64,000 nt of DNA from Octopus vulgaris (GCA_951406725.2 OX597814.1:16058001-16122000); one strand, 5' to 3'. Positions 1 to 13,369 are shown, counted from the first letter of the stretch. Numbers and translations: made by a program. The notes: generated from the letters alone by a model not told the origin.

Positions 1-91
<91 letters not shown>

Positions 92-100
92 CGTGCGTGC
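1..100. repeat. (TA)n/(TG)n compound microsatellite, representative of dozens of TA, TG, TATG, TATC, AAT, ATC and GAA tracts in the window
   Basis: Directly visible. Other large tracts: ~10380-10605, 10880-11060, 11340-11700, 17075-17310, 27360-27433, 27772-27861, 30890-31041, 33495-33600, 34390-34490, 36934-37071, 37595-37700, 46970-47135, 50918-51007, 58172-58264. Confidence 0.97.
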
Positions 101-540
101 GTAATACATACTATAACAGTTATTTCTGTCGAAATAGGCGCTTCCGTATATTGTCTACACGTACATACTGAAGCGAAGGTATGTGTGTGCGCGCAGGTGC
201 GCATGTGTGTATGCGTTTTTAAATATACAAGTGTGAAGATTAGTAATGAATATATACACATGTGTATCTTAGTGACGAACTGAATGTGTGTGTGGCATAC
301 TATAAGGAATTTTGAAATATGCACAAGACATTCCAAATGACATTCACCTCATACATTTCCAGCATGTATATATATTACTGTTATCTCCACGTTATCTCCA
401 TAAATAGTTATTAAATATTTTTATTGTTGTTCTAAAGTTTAAATTTAACCCTGATCTAAGTGATAGATGGCTAGAGACTATTTACTTTAGCTAACAAAAT
501 CTCATTTTATATTTAGACAAAGTGTATGTAGGACTACACT

Positions 541-929
541 GATGGATGGAAGCACTCCGTCGGTTACGACGATGAGGTTTCCGGTTGATCCGAATCAACG
601 GAACAGCCTGCTCGTGAAATTAACGTGTAAATGGCTGAGCACTCCACAGACACGTGTACCCTTAACGTAGTTCTCGGAGATATTCAGCGTGACACAGAGA
701 GTGACAAGGCTGGCCCTTTGAAATACAGGTACAACAGAAACAGGAAGTAAGAGTGAGAGAAAGTTGTGGTGAAAGGGTACAGCAGGGATCACCACCATCC
801 CCTGCCGGAGCCTCGTGGAGCTTTAGGTGTTTTCGCTCAATAAACACTCACAATGCCCGGTCTGGGAATCGAAACCGCGATCCTATGACCGCGATTCCGC
901 TGCCCTAACCACTGGGCCATTGCGCCTCC
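541..929 (-). mobile_element. tRNA-derived SINE, family A (head GGAGGCGCAATGGCCCAGTGGTTAGGGCAG, tail ...GACGGAGTGCTTCC(ATCC)n)
   Basis: A-box TGGCCCAGTGG and B-box GTTTCGATTCC; near-identical to six other copies; TSD aggactacact at 530-540 and 930-940. Confidence 0.93.
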
Positions 930-1079
930 AGGACTACACTATCCAATATATCTAGTGTTTTTTTTTTATATATATATAGAATTTAGGCTGTGATTTAGTG
1001 TTAATTTACTTAGTAAACTTTGCATGTAGAACGTTCCCATAGAGATACATTTGTTGGTTTTTATATTTACGTATGCGTG

Positions 1080-1250
1080 AAAAAGAATAAATTGAGCAGT
1101 TCCGTGGATGTTACAATAGTGCTGGTTGGATCTGTGGATTTGCGTACTACAAGAATGTTAGGTTGTGGATCTGTGTTATAAGGGCGTTGACTTGTGGATC
1201 TGTGTATATTGCAAAGGAGTTGGGTAGATAAGTTACTGCTACAATAATGT
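1080..1250. repeat. Degenerate minisatellite built on gtggatctgtg units
   Basis: tggatctgtg/gtggat recurs several times at ~25-35 bp spacing. Confidence 0.55.
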
Positions 1251-1629
1251 CAAATGGGTCCATGTTTGTAGCTATAGTGAGCTTTGTACGTACATGCATA
1301 AATACATATATTAACACACGTATGTCAAATCATCCTCAAATTACATCCCTACCGTTTTAGAAAAGGGACTCCTCGGATAGTGTTGATCTGCATCCTTTGC
1401 ATATTGACAAAAAACTGATTCCTGAGGCTTATCAAATACCAACATTGCTAAGGTAGAATGCAATTCATTTAACTGGTCTCAGTGCTGGACTACTTGAAAA
1501 CAATTCAAATAATGGTTTCAACTTTTGGCACAAGGGCAGCAGCATTTCACAGAGTTAAATGTCGATTAGATCGACCTGAATACACGAAAGGGTGAAACGA
1601 AAGTCGACCTCCGTGGGGAATTTCAACCG

Positions 1630-1965
1630 TGTTTCGTGGTCTGCTACCACAACAGCTCCTTTATAGGATCCAGTTAGCTGAAGACATCATCAGGAGGAAC
1701 CACGTCCGGTTTCGGCCCCCCACTAATCTACCGTTTTGACGTGGCGCCCCCCCCCTTCCTTTCGGAGGTGTCTTCAGCTCTGGTGTTGGGTGCATGTCTT
1801 CTTTCTCCTTCTTTCTTCTGTTCCTTGGCCTCTTCAATGTAGCGTCAACGAGTGTCAGCGGGCGACTGACTGTCTTGTGAAATTTCGTAAATACGGACGA
1901 AATGCTTGTAAACATTTAGTCCGCCCGCCACCCTAACAGCGCTGCCAGCTCACAGCCTTACGAAA
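1630..1965 (-). mobile_element. GC-rich island, probable 3' UTR of a non-LTR retrotransposon (Hero-like)
   Basis: 13-bp inverted repeat 1676-1688/1767-1779; minus-strand motif CCGAAA-N16-CTGATGA shared with the Hero-like 3' UTR at 9760-9788. Confidence 0.4.
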
Positions 1966-2047
1966 AACACCATTTAAAATAATGAAATGCATGTTGAGCT
2001 CAGTACAATTTGAATTAAGGCAATGTAAAATATAATTCTACAATATA

Positions 2048-2454
2048 GGCGCAGGAGTGGCTATGTGGTAAGTAGCTTGCTTACCAACCACATGGTTCCG
2101 GGTTCAGTCCCACTGCATGGCACCTTGGGCAAGTGTCTTCTACTATAGCCTCGGGCCGACCAAAGCCTTGTGAGTGGATTTGATAGACGGAAACTGAAAG
2201 AAGCCCGTCGTATGTATGTATACATATGTGTGTGTTTGTGTGTCTGTGTTTGTCCCCATAGCATTGCTTGACAACCGATGCTGGTGTGTTTATGTCCCCG
2301 TTACTTAGCGGTTCGGCAAAAGAGACCGATTGAATAAGTACTGGGCTTACAAAAGAATAAGTCCCGGGGTCGAGTTGCTCGATTAAAGGCGGTGCTCCAG
2401 CATGGCCGCAGTCAAATGACTGAAACTAATAAAAGAGTAAAAGAGTAAAAGAGT
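2048..2454 (+). mobile_element. tRNA-derived SINE, family B (GGCGCAGGAGTGGCT head, CORE-like CCTTGGGCAAGTG, internal TA/TG tract, (GTAAAAGA)n tail)
   Basis: A/B-box-like TGGCTATGTGG and GGTTCAGTCCC; near-identical copies at 20510/24179, 29773 and 49072. Confidence 0.92.
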
Positions 2455-3139
2455 AATATGGCGTATTTACAGTGGAATGCTAACGTATTTTACATTAACT
2501 CTCATTCTCATTGTTATTAACCAAATCTTAATGTACGAACTTTCATACCCTATCTATTTTAAACTTGCTTTCCCATAATTCAAAAACAATGCAAAGTACT
2601 TATAAAATCCTACATTACTGCTGGAACTAAAAACTAAATGCCCGGTTTTGTGAAAATAGTCAATTTTCCATAATATTCTAACAATCTACTTGATTAAGAT
2701 CCCGAGGATTAAACGTAAGTGTACGGTTATCTTTCACTATATGAATATTCGAAATGATGAAATTGGATGGGAGGTTCGAGGAATATAATTTGAAGACCGA
2801 TGGAGAATGACACGTCGGAATTGGAAAAGTGATAAAATATCAAAAAGGAAGCGGAATGGCGTGAGCTGTGATGGAATTAATAAAAGCGATGGTGCATTAT
2901 AGAAATGCGGAGCCGATGGATGGACACATAGAAGATAAACATCGAATGTCGAAGTCATAGGAAAATTGTGGTCATATAGAATGAGAAGCCTACGCACACA
3001 TACACACATATATGTATCTATAAATATATACATATAAACATACATACATACATACATGCATGTATAATATATGTATGTGTGTATATATGCATATGTATGG
3101 GCATGTAAGTGTTCACATATGTGCCTCTGTGCCTCTGTA

Positions 3140-3950
3140 TGTAGAGAAAGCTGAGCGAGAGATAGATGTACAAGAGAATATAAAAGAGATACAATCGTAG
3201 TTCTGTGTGCATATATAGAGAGAAATGATGAGAGAGAAGGAATTTGAAAAAAAATGTATTAGAATTGGATGCAGACATACATCATGGTCAGAAAAGATAT
3301 ATAGACATAGAGAGAAAACGGGATAGGAGAATGAGTAAGAACAAGATTAAAGAGATGTGAAGTAGAGATTGATAGAGAGAAAGTAAAAAGAGAAAGAGAG
3401 AGGAAAATGTAAAAGAAAATTAGTAAAAGAGGGAGAAGAAACAAAGAGAAAAATAGAAAGTGAAGGGAAAAAGGAAAGAAAGAGACAAATGAAATATGTA
3501 TAGAAAATATATATACGTAACCAATGCATGTGTTGAGAATGAAGGGTGTGGTGAGAGAAGACATATTAAAGGGAACCATATATAATGACTGATTGTGAGA
3601 GGGATAGAAAGGGAGAATAGAAGATGCTAGAGAAGAAGGAGATAGCGAATGTTAGAATAAAAGAATAAATGAGATAGAATTGGATGGAAATGGGGAAAGA
3701 AATATGAGATAGAAGAACGTTGAGAAGGAATAAGTGACGAAGAGGTGGAAGTAATTTAAAGAATGTGAAAATAAACAAACAAGATGAAAAAAAAAATATT
3801 GTGGAAGATGTGGGAGGTTATGAAAATGCACTGCGTAGGGGAGATATAAAAATGTATTAAATGAAATAAAGAAAAAAAAATAATGGAAAATTAGAAAAGA
3901 AACACAGAGAGATTGTAATGAGAGATATAGAGTGTCGAAAATATAACAAC
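3140..3950. repeat. Purine-rich (A/G-skewed) low-complexity tract
   Basis: About 800 bp of agag/gaaa-rich sequence with very few C on the + strand. Confidence 0.8.
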
Positions 3951-6313
3951 TTTAACAACTATGAGACGGCAAAAACAACAACAACAACAGCAGCAATGTT
4001 AACAATAAGCAACAGCAAAAAATAGCAAAATAAATGACAATTATGATAATTTTGTCTATTAGCCACAAGGGCCCTTGCTTTAGAGACGGTGCGAGAACGA
4101 AATACTAAAACAGTGATAGCTTCCATCGACTAAAAAAAGGAGGCGAAATCAGTTGATACAATATAAACATTGAAATGTCAACAAAATATCCCTAAGATGA
4201 GGAAACATCGTCTTGATTAATTCGGGGAAAATCCTACTGAATTTCTCGGATTATAACTGAGGCATCCTGTTTGCAATCGTAGACTCAGAATAGGTTAATT
4301 TAACCCCGTTAACCATGTATTCTTAACCATGTTTTGCAAAACACACAGGAAACGCCACCCTCTTACTACTCACCCTCGTTTCTTTTCCTCTCTCATCTTT
4401 CTCCTTCTATCTTTTCAACCAATTCATCGTGGTATCTGAAGCAGATGATATGAACTGGGATAGAGAGGGAAACTAATCTAACTCAAACTCAAACTGGATT
4501 TACCACTAAGTTTGGTTTGCATTGCAACCTGGCAGAAGAAAACCAGCCAGCCTTGATTGCTAAAAAGAAAGCGATGAACTGAACCACTCCTCCACGTGAT
4601 GATAGTAGTTCGGCTCATGTCACCAATGAACGGACACTTTGCAAGGACTACTTCATTACTTTGTGACAATCTTCAACAGGTTCAGCTGCTATCAATTTCA
4701 TGCTTCTGAGCTTGTCTCGAAACAGTGGAAGTCCTTTGAATAACTGCAAGTATAAAGATGATCGGAAACTTCCCATAATTCACGGCATCCTGGTCAGATT
4801 ATTTTGATTGTCATTGCAAGCTTTGAGCAACATTTCCAAGTTGTCTTGAATAATGTCCTCTTCTAAATAATTCTCCATTGAGTAGGAAACTGATTTTCAC
4901 TGACTGAATTGCCCCGGTTCTCGAGCGCAGAGAGCGATTGTAATATTGCACTATGCAGCTTAAAAGGACATATCGTTCGCGACAGAAGCTGCCACTGGAT
5001 GGTATACTTTTCCCTGCTTCGATAACCGGGTTACAAACCCACAGACATGTTAAGAGTGATACATAACCTGGTACTTCTCTAACATGGCTCTGACCAAACG
5101 ATTCTTCCCTAAGTTTTCGTCATTATCTCTGTAGCATTTTCCACGTGATTTTTATGAGTCTCAGTTCAAGCATTATGCACTCAAACTCTCTAAACTCTGC
5201 ATCAATGAATAATTGTCAAAACATGTAACAGAGTTGGCAAGGCGTATCATTAACGGTCAGAAGATTGATGCGTACCGCTTTGAGATGCAGACTTATAATT
5301 CCACCACCGGAAGTATATCACTATACATTGTAACGTTTCAGCCACTAATGATTGAGTGGAAACCGTTTGTTCTTCAGATAATCACAAGCAACTGGTGGGT
5401 CTATCTGTCATAATTTGTAGAGATAAATTATATAGCGCCTTGCCTATTCTAGATCTTTGAAAAAAAAAAACATGCCGCTTCACGGCACTTAGTTCACTGA
5501 GAAAATCCAAAAGTGAATGACATGATCTTGCTTTTCTGGAACCAATTTGCAAGGCACTGACTTGTGAAGACTAATGCATACACTCGTAACCTGGTATTCT
5601 TCTAGTATAATATTGTAACATTTTCCTACAAAATGTGGTTGAAACCCGCACAGAGATGATTGGAATGATATGGCACACACCAACTGCGATCTACTAGAGA
5701 CAAAACTCTGAAGTTGGGTCTTTGCAAATCGGGCTCATCGGATTGTTGTACTTTAAGGTAAGTAACCTAGTACGAAAAGTGCCCTCATTGATGATGACCT
5801 TGGATATTCGACGTAATACGCATTTTGGAAGATACTAAGGTATATGGCTGAAGTAGCATCGAAGGATATGGAGATATATGTAGGGATTATTACAGAAGAC
5901 TGCTGCTAGTTTTTGTTTGATTTCAGACAGTACTTGTAAAAATTGTAGGAGTGAGAGCAGGTGTTGCAGTAACAGAAGTAGTTCTGTTGCTAAGGATAAA
6001 ATTAAGGGATGAATTGATGTTGATTACGGAGATAGTTATGGTGCTGTAAATAGGACTAGGGTTAGCTCTTTTAAAGTTTGTGGTAGTAGTCATATTATTT
6101 AAAATGGTGGTGGTACATTAATTGTTTGTATTAAAGATGGATTATTATATTAATTACGAAGATAAGCGTGGCGTCGCTTGACGCTGTTGTCAATGTACTT
6201 ACTTGGCTCTCAAGTCAATAGAATTCCCTCTATGACTATTTCGTACTTTGTCTGTATACAATGTACATTGAGCTATATAACAGTTTGTCTTATTTAAAAC
6301 TTTATTTATATAC

Positions 6314-6366
<53 letters not shown>

Positions 6367-6461
6367 GAGATTTGGTCACTAATTTTAGCCAGTTGCGTGA
6401 CGACGAATATGTTCTCTCCTGGTGACAAAGTTTAGTAATTGCGACACTTTGGATGGTAGGA

Positions 6462-6510
6462 CATGTGGAATGTGAAATGTGAAATGTGGAATGTGAAATA
6501 TGAAATGGCA
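6462..6510. repeat. 7-bp tandem repeat (ATGTGRA)n
   Basis: atgtgga atgtgaa atgtgaa atgtgga atgtgaa atatgaa. Confidence 0.85.
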
Positions 6511-6604
6511 AATGTAGGGTTGCACGATTTCGCTCCAGTAGAGTCAAGTACAATGCTAGAGTTAGCTGTATGAGAGGGAGTCATAATAGTGGTAAAGACA
6601 ACGT

Positions 6605-6995
6605 GGAGGCGCAATGGCCCAGTGGTTAGGGCAGCGGACTCGCGGTCATAGGATCGCGGTTTCGATTCCCAGACCGGGCGTTGTGAGTGTTTATTGAGCG
6701 AAAACACCTAAAGCTCATCGAGGCTCCGGTAGGGGATGGTGGTGATCCCTGCTGTACTCTTTCACCACACCTTTCTCTCACTCTTTCTTCCTGTTTCTGT
6801 TGTACCTGTATTTCAAAGGGCCGGCCTTGTCACTCTCTGTGTCACGCTGAATATCCCCGAGAACTACGTTAAGGGTACACGTGTCTGTGGAGTGCTCAGC
6901 CACTTACACGTTAATTTCACGAGCAGGCTGTTCCGTTGATTCGGATCAACCGGAACCCTCGTCATCGTAACCGACGGAGTGCTTCCATCCATCCA
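6605..6995 (+). mobile_element. SINE family A
   Basis: Full-length copy with (ATCC)n tail; imperfect TSD aagacaa. Confidence 0.93.
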
Positions 6996-7687
6996 GTCAA
7001 GACAATAAACTTCAGCAGAAGTGTTAAAGGTGTTCAATGGTATTGACAGGGGTATTTATCGAGATGACACAGGAAAGGGAGTTCATAATGCTGACTAGGC
7101 GATGGTGACAGACATTGAAATATTAATGTTGCTATACTTTGGTTCTCAATGGTATTGGTAGAGGAAAGACGAATGAAACTTAACGTTAATGTTGGTAGCA
7201 GGGACTGGCTGTGATGGTGTGAAGAATATTGACGTTAGTCATAGAAGTTTAGCGATTTAGTTAAAAGGAGGCGTAGATCAATGACGTAGATAATGAGAGA
7301 AAATTCGCGATGCAAAGATCAGTTGAGGGATCGAAGTAAAAATACAAAATAACTGTAATAGCTGAAACAATGAGTGCGGAAATTTGTCGATGAAAAGAAA
7401 AATAACCACCACATTATCAAAATTATCACTACAGCTGCAGCCATCGATGATAAAAACAACAACAGCAACAACAATGATGACAATAATGATGATGATGGTT
7501 ATAAATTTGTAAAGATTTTTAAATAATTCAATACAACAAAAAATAAACATAACGGAAATATGCAGCATATGCTGAAAATTAAAATACATTGATAATACAC
7601 ATGTGCATTCACACACATATATAGGAACTACCACACACACACACACACAGTCACACACACTCATACATGCACGCGCACCCGCACTTA

Positions 7688-8363
7688 TTGGGTCATCCCA
7701 TAAATAATGCAATTTTTTTATCATTCTTTTATTTTTCAAAATTAAGATAAAAAAAGTTCTTTTTTTTAATCTAAAATATACTTTTCTTCATTTTCTACAA
7801 TGCTTTTCCATCTATCTGGTAGACTTGCAAGGCGCATCTTCCAAAATTCACTTGTTCGTGACGAAAAATTCTCCTCCAGTACTATTCTGACTTCGTCTAA
7901 CGAATTTCTAATTTTCCCCACCCCCAAATGATTTTGAATGCTGCGGAAAAAATGATAATCAGATGGGGCAATGTCTGGTGAATATGATGAGGTATCGTTT
8001 CCCATTCAAACTGCTCCAGCCTATGGAATGTCATCCACGCTGTGTGTAGCCGAACATTATTCTGATGAAAGAACACCTTTCGTGTTGAAACAAAAGATGG
8101 TAATTTTTCTTCTATCGCTGACTTAAGCCGCTGAAGCTGCTCGTAGTAGATCTCCTTTGTTAAAGGCTTAAAGTGGACTACACCTTTCATATTCCACGAA
8201 ACACCCTTACGTGGGTAACAACACTTTACGTGGGTGAGGACCTTCTTTATCTTGGGGTACCGGTGTTTCTCCTTTCCTTAACCACTTTCTTCGGCGCTTG
8301 ATAATTTTATACAGAACTCATTTCTCGTCAACAGTCACTATAGAGTAAAAAAAAAAAAGAAAA

Positions 8364-8419
<56 letters not shown>

Positions 8420-9039
8420 AAAAGAAAAACTTCATTCGTGAGACGTGTCAGCAAAGAAGTGCACACATCCACTCTCTGCGCGCGATTAGATTCGGAATGT
8501 TTGTGAGGAGCCCGATGACCTAATTTACTGATTTTCCCGATGGTACCCAGGTGTCAATGAATGGTTGAATGACCACATTCAAGCTTCTCTGCTAGTTCCT
8601 CAACAGATACGATGGGATTTTGTCCCACCAGGGTTTGCAATGCGTCCTCGTTAAGCTCTACAGATCTTCCAGCATGAGGTTCGTCTTCTAGATTGTAATT
8701 TCCGGTTCAGAATTTCTGGAACCAACATTAACACTGGCCTACACTTATTGTACGATCACCATATACTGCATTAATATTCCTCGCATTTTCCATTGCGTTG
8801 TTGCCTTTATTGACCTCAAACAGTAAAATATGCCGAATATGCTCTGTGTCACTTCCATTATAGCTTAGAAAAAATAACTGTTAAAATCGAACTGCACTCT
8901 TCAAAATTTTCACTAAGAATAAAGACAAGGTAAAATTACTACCTGGTTTTATAGCAAGTTGATGTAGGTAGTTTATTCCGTCCCCTCCGACTTGTAGTTC
9001 ATGCAATTGAAAAAACACGTTATTTATGGGATGACCCAA
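7688..9039 (-). mobile_element. Full-length but decayed mariner DNA transposon
   Basis: 20-bp identical TIR TTGGGTCATCCCATAAATAA at 7688 and, inverted, at 9020-9039; TA on both flanks; about 1.35 kb. Confidence 0.93.
7766..8858 (-). pseudogene. mariner transposase pseudogene (frameshifted, interrupted by a (GAAA)n tract)
   Basis: Fragments HIRHILLFEVNKGNNA (HTH), KGVVHF...FHQNNVRLH and YSPDIAPSDYHFFRSIQNHL (YSPDLAP motif); ATG at 8858, stop at 7766. Confidence 0.9.
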
Positions 9040-9294
9040 TATATGCGTGCGTATGTGTGCGTGTGTTTCTATGTATATGTATGTTCATGTGTGTGTATAT
9101 ATATTCTTTCCAACTTTTCACTGGCATTGAATATATATATACATGGAGACACATCCTGGTTCTTAATGTTATCTTCAATGCAATGAAGAACCAAATTGAT
9201 CTCAATAACAGAGAGAAAAACCGTTGAGAGTACCAATTGAGATTTTCTTGCCATCGTGTACTTAGGACGGTAGATCTGTTTCAAGAAGAAAAGT

Positions 9295-9872
9295 GAAACG
9301 GCTATTGGGAGGTGGCTGCATCTTTCCCACCCCAGTTACGAAAAGGCCGGACATTTTAATGTGGTGTGAAACAAAGTGATGAATCTAGTCGAGTTAACGG
9401 TTCCTCATGAAGATTATATGGAAGTCGCTCGGGCTCGAAAGTTTGACCGTTATGTAAATCTCCTCGGAGAATGTGAAGGCGCAGGCTGGAAAGCGGAACA
9501 TTTTCCAATCAAAGCGGGATCTAGAGGATTTGATGGATACAGTGTGGGGAGTCTGTTGTTATTGTTAGGCCTAAATCACCGTAAAGTAAATAACATAACC
9601 GATATCCAAAATACACTGGCCACCGGATTTGGTTAAAAAGAGACAATGAGCGACGGCTAGAAAAAAAAATGACCATTATTTGAAAACAGTTGATCAAGCA
9701 AGCGGGGCCACATATCAGTGAGAGGGGCGGTGCGCAATGATGCCGTCGGGAAGTAGGACCCGAAACGGCGGGCATTCTCTCCTGATGACCACATCACTTG
9801 CTGTCTTCCGCTGCTTTGCGGAGCTTTCGACTGGGAGTACTTGCATGTGCAAGTTCTTTTCCATAAAAGCAC
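9295..9872 (+). mobile_element. 3' fragment of an RLE-type non-LTR retrotransposon (Hero-like) plus structured 3' UTR
   Basis: RPDILMW...VELTVPHED...A.ARK..RY..L..ECE..GW.AEHFPI.AGSRGF...IWLKR, the restriction-like endonuclease signature typical of Hero elements. Confidence 0.8.
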
Positions 9873-10000
9873 TTAGTACAGGATCAGAAATACTAAATTT
9901 CTAAATCTCTCGTAGAGACATGTACGGTGGTGGGGCGATAGAATGGTTGTATACTGTCAATCTAACACGAACGTGACAGTAGGGGGGGAGGGGTACACCA

Positions 10001-10084
10001 CCGCTGTTTAGCCCTAGGAAGCATCGACGCCTCCTGTGTCAAAGCCATGAGGAGGCGTCGATGCTTCCTAAGGCTAAACAGCGG
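10001..10084. repeat. 35-bp near-perfect inverted repeat (hairpin, 14-nt loop)
   Basis: 10001-10035 vs 10050-10084, one mismatch. Confidence 0.97.
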
Positions 10085-10424
10085 AAATTAGTACAGGAAT
10101 TGATGCAAAATTCGGTTTAGAAATGTTGTTTAGAATTCTAATTGGAAAGATGAGAATATGAAATTAGATCTCACAAAACACAGATACGGACACATTACAT
10201 TGAGCTTGTGCATTGCAAATGCCAGTCATCAAAAGCAGAGATATGCGAATAGGGTAATTTTTCGCGCACACATACATGCATTCATGAATACACATATATG
10301 TGTTTGTGTGTGTATACACACAACCATTCTCTCTCTCTCTCCCACTAACACACTCTCTCTCTCCACACATCTATATACATACATGCATACATATATACAC
10401 ACACACACACACACCCACACACAT

Positions 10425-10455
<31 letters not shown>

Positions 10456-10487
10456 GTATATGTACATATATATATATATATAGTATA

Positions 10488-10536
<49 letters not shown>

Positions 10537-10541
10537 TATAG

Positions 10542-10596
<55 letters not shown>

Positions 10597-10925
10597 CATA
10601 CATACGTTGATTTATTAGAAATCTAATATAAACAATGCATTTGTACTTCTATAAAACTTGTTGCAATTCTGAATAATTCTAAATACTTCTAAACGAAATC
10701 TACTACAATCTGTCACTTGTAGCTGTTATTTTTGACGCATTGATTCAAGAAATGAACCTCTTCTGTATACTATTGTTATCGTTTACAGTAAAAATATGAA
10801 CGTTATATATGGTAATGGTACTGATGATGATTCTGTTTGAACTAATAATAATTGAAATTTCATTAACATTATTGCTTACGTCATATATATATATATATAC
10901 ATATATATGTATATAGATGTGTGTA

Positions 10926-11033
<108 letters not shown>

Positions 11034-11381
11034 CATAATGTATGCTTGTATGTATGCATATACATATGTAACTATGCGTGCATGTGTACGTGAAGGTGTC
11101 CGTGTGGGAAGACACGAGCTTGTAATGATAGCCAACACAGCATCAAGTGTCTACATTAGGATAAGAATGGTGATTAATGAGATGGAACCCTGTATGGACC
11201 TGAAATGGACAGGCGAATGCACAGCAACCAGTATTTCTTATGAATCTTAATAAGTTCGCGAGATTCATTCGAGGATAGAAATTTTAAAAGACACGAGTCA
11301 CATTTTGGTTATTGTGACACATTCATGTACGAAACTGCATTAATGCATATATACATGCATACATATACGCACATAGGCACA

Positions 11382-11441
<60 letters not shown>

Positions 11442-11493
11442 TATAAATATATATAAATATATATATATATACATATACATATACATATATATG

Positions 11494-11531
<38 letters not shown>

Positions 11532-12270
11532 TATATGTATATATATATACATATATATATATACATATATATACTTATGTATGTATTTATATATAAGTAT
11601 GAAATATACATGTGTGCGTAGATATATGCATATAATGTATAAATATGCATATGTGTATGTATATATATATATATATATAAATATGTGTGTGTGTGTGTGT
11701 GTGTCTGTGCATACGTATTCAAAATACATTCCTGTACACGAATTCAAGCACAATCCCAACTACACACACACACACTATTTCCTTAGTTTGGTTTTAGAAT
11801 GATTCAAGACGTAAAGAAGACAAATAACTTAGCAAACGTATGAAGAGAATAAACTACTTGTGCAAGGAAGCTAATGTGGTTACGAGCAGAGCTATATTAT
11901 GTGTGGTCATAAATATTGCAAACATTTTTTCTTCTTCTTCTTCTTCTTCTTCTTCTTCTTCTTCCCATACTGGTATTTTTATTGTTATTATTAATTCTAA
12001 CAGTGGTTCTCTGATACCAGATCGAAATTAACAGCAAGGCTATTTAAGTTTCCCCCAAGCTTCTCTAGGAGCAAAATATGTAGATTTTCCCTTTTTTTTT
12101 CATACTTACTATGCATTGAATTACAGTATATACTTAAGGCATTTCTTCGTCTTCTTTCCAGTCAATATATTATCAAATAAATTACATTCAATCGATTTTT
12201 GTTCTATTTCCAGAGCACATGTTGACAAAGTAGGGCGTTTTCGCAAATTGGTACAAAAAGAGATGACTAA

Positions 12271-12305
<35 letters not shown>

Positions 12306-12502
12306 TGTATGTATGTATGTATGTATGTATGTATGTATGTATACATATATCCATATATAATATATATATGTATGTATATATATATATACACACATGCACG
12401 CACGCACATATACACGCACACCCACACGGACACACTGACACGCACATATATCTGTATACGTTAGAGATTATATACGCAGGTGGCTATATGCACACACGCA
12501 TT

Positions 12503-12541
<39 letters not shown>

Positions 12542-12562
12542 GAATGAATGAATAAATAAATA

Positions 12563-12599
<37 letters not shown>

Positions 12600-12636
12600 G
12601 TGTATGTATATATATATATATATATGTATGTATGTG

Positions 12637-12673
<37 letters not shown>

Positions 12674-13095
12674 ATGCGCAAAATTATACGAATGTACATA
12701 CGTGTGCGCATATATATAACCGCATGCATATATTCACACATGTATGTAGTGACACACGTGCACAAACATATAGAGATATAGTCACGGAAGCACACACGTG
12801 TACAGATACAGATATTTATTACCATGAGTGTTTACGTATATACACTTGTGTATTTATGCTTCTACGCATGTAAATGTTAATTTTAATGGAAACGTGTAGA
12901 CCGAATGTATATGCGTTCATACACTTACGAATTAATGCATTGTAACATTCTAACGCATTGAAATACATATATACCTAACCCTTTCGTATCTAAGTTCTCT
13001 TCCCAGCACTTTCCTACTGCTTTCTATACACACACGCATATATATATATGCGCGTGTGTGTGTGTATTAACAATATGTGTGTGTGTGTGTGTATT

Positions 13096-13135
<40 letters not shown>

Positions 13136-13369
13136 AAAACTTATATATAAAATGGGACAAGAACGCAAACTACACAAAGAGACGACAGAAAAGAAGACAG
13201 GTCATTCGAAGCCTCTAATCTTCAGTCAGGAACCGGATCATCTTAGCAATTTCATACATACATACTTACAGACATGATATAAGTAAATAGACAAACTTAT
13301 AATCATTAAAATTTATTTCAATCTGAAGTTATACATTCAAATTATTTATTAATTGTTATAATGTGAATA

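Noticed and set aside
595-847. Recurrent ORFs MVVIPAV.../MFIERKH... (also 6687, 15236, 43494, 51453, 56386)
   Set aside because: Incidental ORFs inside SINE family A; the recurrence reflects SINE copy identity.
5325-5380. Minus-strand CTGAAGA...GAAACGTTA hammerhead look-alike
   Set aside because: Stem II does not close at the core and stem I does not pair.
6605-6680. SINE heads as tRNA genes
   Set aside because: A/B boxes are present but there is no complete cloverleaf, and they continue into SINE bodies with TSDs.
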